Below, in pieces: positions 33,385-41,199 of a stretch of 64,000 nt of DNA. The notes below the pieces were generated by a model. It was not told where the DNA came from and did not search any database. It saw only the letters and a list, made by a program, of their open reading frames with translations. Location of the stretch: NCBI GenBank assembly GCA_964543985.1, contig CAZJBW010000010.1:9684-73683 (forward strand). Reading direction: 5' to 3'. Within the stretch, counting starts at the first letter, position 1; each line of letters opens with the position of its first letter. The translations under genes and the position numbers were made by a program. The DNA comes from an uncultured Pirellulaceae bacterium. GTDB taxonomy: Bacteria; Planctomycetota; Planctomycetia; Pirellulales; Pirellulaceae.

Positions 33385-33876
33385 ATGGTGATCGTCAGCA
33401 ATTTCGCTGGTGACAAATTTCCCCCCTTTTTTATGGAGAACAATTCTCTCAGGCGGCTTTACGCTAGTCGGCCCACGTCATCCGACATGCTTCACGACCA
33501 ATCGAAGTTGGATGCGGTCGAGTGCTTTACGCGTTCGCTTTCATTCATTCCCGGCGGTTGGTTAAAAGAGTGTCTCAGGGCTAGAGGCGAACCGTTTGCA
33601 ATGCCAATTTGCCACGGGCTGTTTCTGGTTGACGAACCAAGTGTCGCTAACAGAATCAAGCGACATTTTTGTGACGACGTTTTTAACGAAGACGATGATC
33701 GTCTACGGCTTATCGAATCGGGATGGAACTCTATTCGCTCGACCGGTTTGTTTGGTCGAGAAATCGACGGCTTCGTGGTTTTGGGTATCGACGGGCTTGG
33801 CTACGATTTTTTCGAAGCGCATTGGGAGCCTCTTTATGACCTGCTTGGTTATAAATGGCATCTAAACGTCGACTGA
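33385..33876 (+). CDS. hypothetical protein
   Basis: ORF 33292..33876. Candidate ATG starts at 33385 or 33433. No motif recognised. Confidence 0.4.
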   Translation: MVIVSNFAGDKFPPFFMENNSLRRLYASRPTSSDMLHDQSKLDAVECFTRSLSFIPGGWLKECLRARGEPFAMPICHGLFLVDEPSVANRIKRHFCDDVFNEDDDRLRLIESGWNSIRSTGLFGREIDGFVVLGIDGLGYDFFEAHWEPLYDLLGYKWHLNVD

Positions 33877-34101
33877 AAACTGTTGATAAAAATGGAAACG
33901 CCGAACTTGACTTTTGACGGTTCGGCGTTCTAATTGGGGTATCGCTCTGAAAACGAGTGCCTCCATGTACGGTTAAATCCGCCCGGTGCTTCGGCACTGA
34001 AGATTGATCGCTTGGTTGTAATTCGCCCAAAAGGCCATTTCATTCCGAAGACTGTTACTTTTAATAGTTCTTCGGAATCTTTTTTTCCGCTCTTGGATTT
34101 A

Positions 34102-34992
34102 ATGGCAATCAGGATTGGGCCAATGCCTCTTACCGAACTCGATATGACTGTGCTGAAAACAGTCGCGACGTATTACGTTCTTACCCGTGAACAAGTGCAG
34201 GGCGTTTGTTGCGCCGAACATTCAAGCGGTCGCGGTACGCGCAAACGACTCAGTCGGCTTGGCAAGGCTGGCTACATCGTCAAACATCGCGTTCCAGTGG
34301 CCCTTCCTGGCACAAACGGAGCCGCTCCGGTGTATTACCCCACCAAAAAGGGTTCGGACGCGCTAGCGAGCTATTTTGACGATGAACGCTTTTACGCAAC
34401 CAACACCAAGAACCCACGCGCTGATCGCTTGTCGCATTGGATTGCCTGCAATTCGACCCGAATCTTAGTCGAAAAGGCAATTCAACAACTCCCGCAGGTT
34501 GATTTGATTCGATGGATCAACGAATGGGAAACCGTCAACAAAGACGACACGAAATCAGATCAATTCTGTCTTCACACGCAACTTGTCAAAGATCCCCCGT
34601 TGAGTTGTTCGCCGGATGCTGGATTCATGATTCGCTACCAGGATCAACAAATGGTTTACTACCTAGAACAAGATCGCGCAACATCCAGCCCACGCCAGGT
34701 CGCCGCCAGAAAGCATCGCGGCTACGCCGAATTGTCGAAACAAAACGGTCACAAGAAACACTTTCCAGATCTAACAGTCCCCTACTTTCGCGTTCTGTTC
34801 ATCACGCCAAGCGAAACACGAGCCAAAAAAACGCAACAAGAGATGAAAGATCGAAGTGGAAAAGAACTTTGGCTGATGATGAACGAAAAAGCATTGAACG
34901 AAATCAACTTCTTCACCGGCAATGTTGCTATCGACCACGAAGGTGAAGTTGGGCCACTACTGACGCTTCCTGAGACAACTGGCCAATCCTGA
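34102..34992 (+). CDS. replication-relaxation family protein (copy 2)
   Basis: LDMTVLKTVATYYVLTREQVQGV....GTRKRLSRLGKAGYIV, then PDAGFMI...YYLEQDRAT...RVLFITPSE. Same architecture as 5713..6603 but highly divergent. The start could also be 34123. Confidence 0.65.
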   Translation: MAIRIGPMPLTELDMTVLKTVATYYVLTREQVQGVCCAEHSSGRGTRKRLSRLGKAGYIVKHRVPVALPGTNGAAPVYYPTKKGSDALASYFDDERFYATNTKNPRADRLSHWIACNSTRILVEKAIQQLPQVDLIRWINEWETVNKDDTKSDQFCLHTQLVKDPPLSCSPDAGFMIRYQDQQMVYYLEQDRATSSPRQVAARKHRGYAELSKQNGHKKHFPDLTVPYFRVLFITPSETRAKKTQQEMKDRSGKELWLMMNEKALNEINFFTGNVAIDHEGEVGPLLTLPETTGQS

Positions 34993-35107
34993 CCACTAAC
35001 CGCTTATCGGTTCAATCAACACATTCAGGGTGTGTCGTGCGAGCCGATTGGCGTTGTGGATATTCGTGACTCACGACTGTGAGTTTTTATTTCATTCCTC
35101 TTTCTAT

Positions 35108-35374
35108 ATGGACAATTTACAAAACGACAAATCAAAAAAGCCAGTTCGTGTCTTTCGATCCGGCGGCATTTCAGTCGCAGTGTTTGGAAACACCTCTGAC
35201 GAAGGCAATGTTTTTCACAAGTTAAGCGCCGAGCGCGTTTACAAAACTGGAAACAAGTTCGCGACAACGAATTCGTTTTCGTTTAACGAACTGCCAACCG
35301 TAGTGATGCTCATGAAGCGTGCTTGGTACTTTGTACTTGAGCTCGAATCACAAGCAAAAGACAAACAAGATTAG
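35108..35374 (+). CDS. small conserved protein, paralog family A (copy 2 of 3)
   Basis: MDNLQNDKSKKPVRVFRSGGISVAVFGN...ERVYKTGNKFATTNSFSFNELPTVVMLMKRAW aligns with the copies at 16062 and 35875. Confidence 0.5.
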   Translation: MDNLQNDKSKKPVRVFRSGGISVAVFGNTSDEGNVFHKLSAERVYKTGNKFATTNSFSFNELPTVVMLMKRAWYFVLELESQAKDKQD

Positions 35375-35570
35375 TCGTGCAAAACTAAGTGGGCCAACCC
35401 CTGATACGGCCCACTACGACTGGTGCTAGTCACCAGCGTGACCGTTCAACTTGATCGTGATGCCATTCCTATGGTTTTGGGCAGTCCGATTCGTTTTGAC
35501 AGTCATGGTGAACATCGTTTTCTCCAAGCATCACCTCTCTCGTGATCGCTCGGTACCTCTAAGTACCAGC

Positions 35571-35595
35571 CCGGTAATTTGTTTACCGGTTTTTT
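35571..35595 (+). terminator. intrinsic terminator-like hairpin
   Basis: CCGGTAA-TTTGT-TTACCGG followed by TTTTTT. Lies about 200 nt downstream of the 35108..35374 stop. Confidence 0.5.
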
Positions 35596-35618
35596 GTTAA
35601 TCACGTTAGGAGAAATCT

Positions 35619-35831
35619 GTGAAAGTCTTACTTACCCCTGCGCCGAAAGACGCAACTTGTTTCTGGTGCCGCAAGCGCAAAAAGGATTGCGTAACTGCGG
35701 AATTTTCCAATGGATTTGTTAAAGGCAAAATCCTCTGTTTCGATTGTTTCGTCCGCGCTACGCGCGTCCAGTTTGAACCGGTCAGCGAGGAAGTTGCAAA
35801 AGCAACCGAGGTGCCCAACGCGAAGGCGTAG
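35619..35831 (+). CDS. small Cys-rich (zinc-ribbon-like) protein, 70 aa
   Basis: GTG start with AGGAG upstream. Two CxxC pairs: CFWC...CFDC. Confidence 0.45.
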   Translation: MKVLLTPAPKDATCFWCRKRKKDCVTAEFSNGFVKGKILCFDCFVRATRVQFEPVSEEVAKATEVPNAKA

Positions 35832-35874
35832 GTCGCTTCAATCCACTTTTTACAAACTCCACTAAGGAAAAATC

Positions 35875-36159
35875 ATGAACCGAAGTCACCCAGAAAAAGT
35901 GTTCCGTATTGGTTACGTCAGCGCTAGCGTGTTTGCACGCAAGATCGAGAAGGACGGCGAACCCGAACGGATCGTACGCAGCGTGAACCTGCAAAAGCGA
36001 TATCTGGACAACGGCGAAACGAAGTTTAGCTCCTCATTTGGACTTGGCGAATTGCCGCAGGCCATTGAGGCGATGCGACTTGCGTTTGATCATTTGGCCG
36101 AGCAAGAAGCTGATGTTGCGTTGCAACAGCCCAATTTGGGCTCCAGAGGTGCATCATGA
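35875..36159 (+). CDS. small conserved protein, paralog family A (copy 3 of 3)
   Basis: KVFRIGYVSASVFARK...LQKRYLDNGETKFSSSFGLGELPQAIEAMRLAF matches the same pattern as the other two copies. Confidence 0.5.
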   Translation: MNRSHPEKVFRIGYVSASVFARKIEKDGEPERIVRSVNLQKRYLDNGETKFSSSFGLGELPQAIEAMRLAFDHLAEQEADVALQQPNLGSRGAS

Positions 36160-36374
36160 GCAGGCAAAAGGAAGGAGGTGTCATTCGAATCGACGAGGCG
36201 TATAGCAAACAATGCGTCTTGTCCCGATTAGGAGTCTCCCAGCGGTTTTGGGACAAAATGTTGGATGAGGGGCTCCCCTACACCAACGTTGGACACACTC
36301 GCTGGGTTACCGGCGAAGAGATCATGAACTACTTGAAAAAGTTTGCGCAAACCAAACCGGTTCAGGCAAAGTAG
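36156..36374 (+). CDS. excisionase/AlpA-like small HTH protein (candidate Xis)
   Basis: 72 aa, ATGA-coupled to the upstream gene, ends 5 nt before the integrase ATG. LGVSQRFWDKMLDEGLPYTNVGHTRWVTGEEIMNYL resembles HTH_17/excisionase-type motifs. Confidence 0.5.
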   Translation: MSRQKEGGVIRIDEAYSKQCVLSRLGVSQRFWDKMLDEGLPYTNVGHTRWVTGEEIMNYLKKFAQTKPVQAK

Positions 36375-36378
36375 TTTC

Positions 36379-37926
36379 ATGGCTCGCCCACCAGAAATTG
36401 GCAACGTCAAGTTGTATCCCGATCGGCCATTGCGCGATTCTGACAAAAACGGTTTTGTGCTGAAGTTCTATTGCCCCATTCAAGGCAAACGGATTCGCAA
36501 AAACGCTGGAACGCGCGATCGCCGGGAGGCACGAAAAATCGTTCGGGAATGCAGCACTCGACTTACAAACGGAGAGTACGTTGCGTCTGGCGGGTTGATA
36601 TCCGCTGAACAGGAGAAGGTTCGAAAAGCGATCGAACAAGTCGTACCACAGGGCGTTTTTTCAGGCGTCGAAACAGATTCTGGTCGTTCTTGGGATGCCT
36701 GCAAGGATCAGTATTTAGCGTACAAGAAGAAACGAGTCCGGGATTCATCATATGCTGATATCACGTCGCGACTCGACCTTGCTGAGCGAATTATTGTAGG
36801 CTATCGCGAAGACAATGGACTTCAAGGCGTCGGGTCAATTCAAGAGAATTGTACGCTATCGGCGATGGAATACCTTCAGGACAGACTGCTCGCCGGAGAT
36901 GAATGCCGCTATGACTACCGCTCTCCGATGACTGTTAACACGGCGATGGGAGCAATCATGGCATTCGTTCGTTATTGTGCCCGCCACGAATGGATCGACA
37001 AGGTGCCGATCGTCGATCGCTTGGAAGTTGACAACCCGATGAAAGGGCGCCCGATTTCGGAATCGGAGTATGAAGCGATGCTTAAAGCTACGCCCAAAGT
37101 CGTCGGAGAATCGGCAACTGACTCCTGGCGCTTTGTACTCAGGATCATTTGGACAACTGCTTTTCGAGTGGGCGACGTGATGTCGTTCTCATGGGACGAC
37201 GAAACCGAGATCCACCCGCTTTGGAAAGACGATCGCCGTGAACATCCGACAATTGCCATTCCAACGAAACAAAAGAACAGGAAGAAGCAAGAGATCCCCA
37301 TGTTGCCCGAATTGGAGCGGCTTCTGGTTTCAATTCCACAGTCGCACAGGACAGGGTGGATTGCCAATCCTCGGCCGCTGGATTCGCAAAACGCTCTTGT
37401 CAGGCGTCCAACTCGCAAGCAACTCACGAAGTTAAAGAAGAGCAGTTCAAATACGAAAATCGCAGAGATCTACGGCGTAAGCGAAGCAGCCGTCCGAAAA
37501 TGGCTTCTAAATCCAAACTCGCTAAACCAACGTTCGTCGACAATCTCACAACCACCCAATCTCATTCAACGTCTGACGAAGGAACGAGTCGGACGTGTTA
37601 TCGCTCTGATTGGAAAGGAGGCTGACATTGTCGTTCAAGACCAAGATGTCGATCAACGAAAACGACTGAAGTATGCTTCCGCTCACGACATTCGCCGTGG
37701 CTGCGCACAGCGTTTGATCAACCAAGGCGTTTCCGCTGAATCGCTGAAACTAATCTTACGTCATGCAGATTTCGCGACCACCGAAAAATTTTATGGGGCC
37801 GTAAAAAGCGTCCAGTCAGCATCGTCCGAAATTCGAAAACTGATTTCGGCAGTTCCGGACAAACAAGCCCCCGATCTAAGCGCGGCAGAAGTCGCAAAAC
37901 TTCGTCAGCTACTATCTCAGATATAA
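36379..37926 (+). CDS. int: tyrosine recombinase / phage-type integrase (with internal HTH-like insertion)
   Basis: Catalytic-region motifs TAFRVGDVMSFSW (R), HDIRRGCAQRL (HxxR) and LRHADFATTEKFY (H..Y). Adjacent to the tRNA 3' end. Confidence 0.85.
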   Translation: MARPPEIGNVKLYPDRPLRDSDKNGFVLKFYCPIQGKRIRKNAGTRDRREARKIVRECSTRLTNGEYVASGGLISAEQEKVRKAIEQVVPQGVFSGVETDSGRSWDACKDQYLAYKKKRVRDSSYADITSRLDLAERIIVGYREDNGLQGVGSIQENCTLSAMEYLQDRLLAGDECRYDYRSPMTVNTAMGAIMAFVRYCARHEWIDKVPIVDRLEVDNPMKGRPISESEYEAMLKATPKVVGESATDSWRFVLRIIWTTAFRVGDVMSFSWDDETEIHPLWKDDRREHPTIAIPTKQKNRKKQEIPMLPELERLLVSIPQSHRTGWIANPRPLDSQNALVRRPTRKQLTKLKKSSSNTKIAEIYGVSEAAVRKWLLNPNSLNQRSSTISQPPNLIQRLTKERVGRVIALIGKEADIVVQDQDVDQRKRLKYASAHDIRRGCAQRLINQGVSAESLKLILRHADFATTEKFYGAVKSVQSASSEIRKLISAVPDKQAPDLSAAEVAKLRQLLSQI

Positions 37927-38501
37927 AATCTCTCGCGCAAGTTCCTCAATTTATTCCTGAACGGTCTTAAAGAGAACTTCAAGCAAGAAATGAGAGAGCG
38001 ACAGTAAGTCGCGTCTCTCTGGATATTTGTCTTGGCTGGACCGTCGTCAACTAGTAAAAGCGTCAGGTACACCGTAATTGGTTCCACAGACGAGTTCGCC
38101 TAGTCTCCCCAAAGTTGATTGGCAAAGCAACCAACTTTGGGGCATTCTTCCATCACCGGAAAATCAGCAATAGCTGCCCAGCTCCGATAGCCAAAAAGGA
38201 GCCGAGTAAGATCAAATCAAGTCCAATCCCTGGTAAGGAATCGGGCTTGCCTTTGTGCCTGAACCTGGTCGACCATGTCACCAGCTTCGAGTACCAAGAA
38301 AAAAACTTTCTCATAGTTGGAGGGGAAGAAAGCAAAAAAGCTTACGCTCAATCGCAATTAGAGGAACGGCAAACTCGAAAGTCAAGTAACTAGTTGCGGC
38401 GATAACGCTTGAAGGCGAGCCCCGATTGGCTGCGCCGTCTGACCCTTTGCTCCTACCAAAGCCAAGCGATGGAACCCCTCGACCAGATGCAAGAAATCTT
38501 C

Positions 38502-38525
38502 ATTAGTGGGGGGATTAGTGGGGGG
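38502..38525 (+). repeat. tandem duplication ATTAGTGGGGGG x2
   Basis: Exact 12-mers at 38502..38513 and 38514..38525, about 70 nt beyond the tRNA 3' end on the element side. Confidence 0.9.
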
Positions 38526-38549
38526 ACTTCATGTTGCAGTCAGCGCACG

Positions 38550-38582
38550 AAAAAACCGAGATCGTTTCCGACCTCGGTTTTT
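38550..38582 (-). terminator. bidirectional intrinsic terminator downstream of tRNA-Arg
   Basis: AAAAAA-CCGAG-(12 nt)-CTCGG-TTTTT. On the minus strand the hairpin is followed by a T run, 15 nt after the tRNA end. Confidence 0.55.
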
Positions 38583-38596
38583 GCTTGTTCAAAAAG

Positions 38597-38670
38597 CACA
38601 CCCGGGAGGATTCGAACCTCCAACCCTCGGTTCCGAAGACCGATGCTCTATCCAGTTGAGCTACGGGTGC
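38597..38670 (-). tRNA. tRNA-Arg (anticodon UCG)
   Basis: Minus-strand sequence GCACCCG-TA-GCTC-AACTGGATA-GAGC-A-TCGGT-CTTCGGA-ACCGA-GGGTT-GGAGG-TTCGAAT-CCTCC-CGGGTGT-G folds as a cloverleaf. The anticodon loop is CU-UCG-GA. CCA is not encoded. The first acceptor pair is G1.U72. Confidence 0.9.
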
Positions 38671-38754
38671 ATGTACTTGTCCCGGTCTTGTATGTCCCGG
38701 TATTGTAACGAAAAATCGATTTTCGGCAACGATCTCAAGTAAAACGATCCCAGG

Positions 38755-39501
38755 TCAACTTTCTAGTTCCGCCATCGCCTCTGCTGAGAACTCGAAGTTC
38801 GCCGAGACGCTTTGTACGTCGTCGTGGTCGTCGAGAGTTTCCATCAGGCTGATGACGGTTTTTACTTGTGGGCCTTCAACACTGACGGTGTTTTGGGGTA
38901 TGCGAGTTACTTGAGCGGATAGACATTCGATTTGCGCGTCTTCCAATGCTTGACGGACGTCGGAAAAACTGTCTGGGTCGCAAAGGACCTCGAAGTCGCC
39001 GTCTTGTTTGATGTCGTCGGCGCCGGCGTTCAGAGCGACTTCCATCAATTGATCTTCACTGGTCTTGTCAGCTGCGATCACGAACAGACCTTTGCGATCA
39101 AACATCCACGAGACACAACCGGTTGCGCCCAGGTTGCCACTGTGTTTCTCAAAGATCTTTCGCAGCTCCGGGGCGGTTCGATTTCGGTTATCGGTCAAGA
39201 TGTCACACATCACCGCGACGCCGTTGGGACCGTAGCCTTCGTAAACGATTTCCTCGTAGTTACTGCCTTCCAGTTCGCCGCAACCTTTTTTGATGGCTCG
39301 TTCAATATTATCTTTGGGCAAACTAACCGCTTTGGCATCAGCGATCACTGTCCGCAGACGAATATTGGTGTCAGGGTCGCCACCACCTTGTTTCGCGGCC
39401 ACCATAATGGCTTTACTCAGCTTGCTCCACAGCTTGGCCCGTTTGGCATCCGTGGCAGCTTTCTTGTGCTTAATGTTGGCCCACTTACTGTGACCGGCCA
39501 T
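38755..39501 (-). CDS. yebC: YebC/PmpR-family DNA-binding transcriptional regulator
   Basis: MAGHSKWANIKHKKAATDAKRAKLWSKLSKAI...GGGDPDTNIRLR is the hallmark N-terminus. Length 248 aa. Confidence 0.9.
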   Translation of the reverse strand: MAGHSKWANIKHKKAATDAKRAKLWSKLSKAIMVAAKQGGGDPDTNIRLRTVIADAKAVSLPKDNIERAIKKGCGELEGSNYEEIVYEGYGPNGVAVMCDILTDNRNRTAPELRKIFEKHSGNLGATGCVSWMFDRKGLFVIAADKTSEDQLMEVALNAGADDIKQDGDFEVLCDPDSFSDVRQALEDAQIECLSAQVTRIPQNTVSVEGPQVKTVISLMETLDDHDDVQSVSANFEFSAEAMAELES

Positions 39502-39560
39502 CTTAGGTCCTCCAAAACCGAGTGCGTTTTCGAACGGAATTCAATATTCAAGAAGGTTCG

Positions 39561-40628
39561 TTAGCGTGGTTTCTTTTTTGCAAGTCGTTTGGAAGCAGAC
39601 TTCTTTGTCGTTTTTTTCTTGGTCGATTTCTTTGCTGCTTTCTTCTTTACAGCAGCTTTCTTTTTGGCCGGAGCCTTCTTCTTCGCTGGTTTCTTTGCGG
39701 CTACTTTTTTGGTTGCTTTCTTCTTGGCAGCTTTTTTAGGTGCCGTCTTCTTCTTGGCTGGTTTGGCGGTTTTCTTAGGCGTCGCCTTTTTCTTGGCTGG
39801 TTTGGCGGCCTTACCAGTCTTTGTCTGCTTGGCTACTTTAGTCGCTGTACCGCCTTTTTCAGCAGCTTTCGCTTTTTTGCCTTTGGTGGCAACTTTCTCT
39901 TCAACGACCTCTTCCTTTACGGGTTCAGGAGCTGGTTTCTTTTTTCGTTGTCGTTTAGGGAAACGTTCCCGAGCGTCCGCGTCCAGGCTAAGAAGTATGG
40001 CGCGAGTATCGTTGTTAAAAGGGCTGCTGGTATAAGCGACAGCCAATTGGTGCACGACCGAGAAAAATTCGACGCCTTTGTTTTTGGCGATTGCTCGTTC
40101 CATTCCAGGAACGACTCCCTTTTCCGATTCTTTTTCATCGATGATGCCGACGGTGTACAACAGGTTAACCATCGATCGATCGACACCGATGGAGTGTCCA
40201 CCGAGTCCATTTTGGGCTGTATAGGAAACGACGAAGGGCGTGGCCCCTTTGTAGTCTTCGATGGTTTGTACGGCTTTGCCAAGGTTCTCCTTGCGTAGCA
40301 AATCGATGTCGAAACTGTAGTGAGTTTCAAACATTGAATGCAGCGTCTTCTTCAAGCGGACAGCCGCTTGATTAGGTTCGCTTAAGCAGTCCATGGTTTC
40401 GGACAGCTCAACAGCCGTCGTTACGCGGACTTCATTCCAATCAAAAAAGCCATTTTGCAATCGAGCGAACGCCTCGTCGGCGGCTTCGAATTTGGAATTT
40501 TCCAGGCAGCAAGCGTATAGCAAATGCTCCAAGACAGAACGTTCGCTGGGAGGTTTGACGGGTTGATAATGTTTTTTGGCAACTCGATGCAACTTGGCCA
40601 GTTTTGCGGCGCGATTTGAAACTGCCAT
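39561..40628 (-). CDS. HhH/EndoIII-like domain protein with Lys/Ala-rich histone-H1-like C-terminal tail
   Basis: The N-terminal ~230 aa (LEHLLYACCLENSKFEAADEAFARLQNGFFDWNEVRV..) resemble the EndoIII-like helical domain. The C-terminal ~120 aa are KKAAKKPAKKK-type repeats. Confidence 0.5.
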   Translation of the reverse strand: MAVSNRAAKLAKLHRVAKKHYQPVKPPSERSVLEHLLYACCLENSKFEAADEAFARLQNGFFDWNEVRVTTAVELSETMDCLSEPNQAAVRLKKTLHSMFETHYSFDIDLLRKENLGKAVQTIEDYKGATPFVVSYTAQNGLGGHSIGVDRSMVNLLYTVGIIDEKESEKGVVPGMERAIAKNKGVEFFSVVHQLAVAYTSSPFNNDTRAILLSLDADARERFPKRQRKKKPAPEPVKEEVVEEKVATKGKKAKAAEKGGTATKVAKQTKTGKAAKPAKKKATPKKTAKPAKKKTAPKKAAKKKATKKVAAKKPAKKKAPAKKKAAVKKKAAKKSTKKKTTKKSASKRLAKKKPR

Positions 40629-40691
40629 GGCGGCGATGATTACTCCGATAAACGTTGTCTTATGATGGGGTTATAAAAAAAACGCGAACAA

Positions 40692-41168
40692 TTAGCCCGT
40701 GGGTTCTACGGACGATTCTTGGACATCGGGCGACGTGGGCTCGTCGGGATGATCCATGGTTGATTCGGTTGCGGCGGGCGGGGCATCACCTGCGACTTCT
40801 TCGGAGGATTCCGATTCGTCATTGGATTGTGGCAGGACTTCGTTCAGAATTCGAGTGACCTCGACAGCGTTCTTGGCACCTTTATCCAAAACAAATTTGA
40901 TACGCGGTGTATAGCGAGTATCAATCCGGTTTCCGACTCGCTTTTGCAGGAAGCCGCAAGAGCTGCGAAGTCCGTTCAAGCAGAGATTTTGTTTGGTTTC
41001 GTCACCCATAACTGAAACGTAAACTTTCGCGGCGCGTAGATCCCCCGAGACCTCTACCATTGTTACGGTAACGTCTTTTACGCGAGGGTCCTTCAGTTCC
41101 AGCAGGATTGCTGTACTGACAACTTCACGGATGGCTTGAGCAGCCTTCAGGGCGCGACGGGAACTCAT
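40692..41168 (-). CDS. rbfA: ribosome-binding factor A
   Basis: RALKAAQAIREVVSTAILLELKDPRV..VTVTMVEVSGDLRAAKVYVSV, positioned downstream of infB. Confidence 0.85.
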   Translation of the reverse strand: MSSRRALKAAQAIREVVSTAILLELKDPRVKDVTVTMVEVSGDLRAAKVYVSVMGDETKQNLCLNGLRSSCGFLQKRVGNRIDTRYTPRIKFVLDKGAKNAVEVTRILNEVLPQSNDESESSEEVAGDAPPAATESTMDHPDEPTSPDVQESSVEPTG

Positions 41169-41199
41169 CGATTGAAAACCAAGTACATGGGTTGGGTAA

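Larger units (their letters stand above)
1..38596. mobile_element. Integrated plasmid-like / integrative mobilisable element inserted next to the 3' end of tRNA-Arg; left boundary not resolved in the window
   Basis: A tyrosine integrase plus Xis-like gene lie adjacent to the tRNA 3' end. The region also holds a rep initiator, primase, 2x replication-relaxation proteins, 2x VirD4/TraD-like ATPases, RadC, a TA pair and a pAgo operon. To the right of the tRNA the content changes abruptly to housekeeping genes. Confidence 0.65.

Noticed and set aside
38153-38335. 60-aa minus-strand ORF with a hydrophobic C-terminus between the integrase and the tRNA
   Set aside because: It has no Shine-Dalgarno-like sequence, is short, and lies in the probable att/arm region. 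Support is insufficient to call it a gene.
38409-38742. ORFs 38409..38708 and 38506..38742 (plus strand)
   Set aside because: They run across the tRNA-Arg gene and its terminator. The translated sequences are low-complexity and have no ribosome-binding context.
39522-40298. 258-aa and 148-aa plus-strand ORFs rich in F/L/G/C
   Set aside because: They are antisense reading frames of the Lys/Ala (AAG/GCN) repeat of the H1-like tail, a classic shadow ORF.
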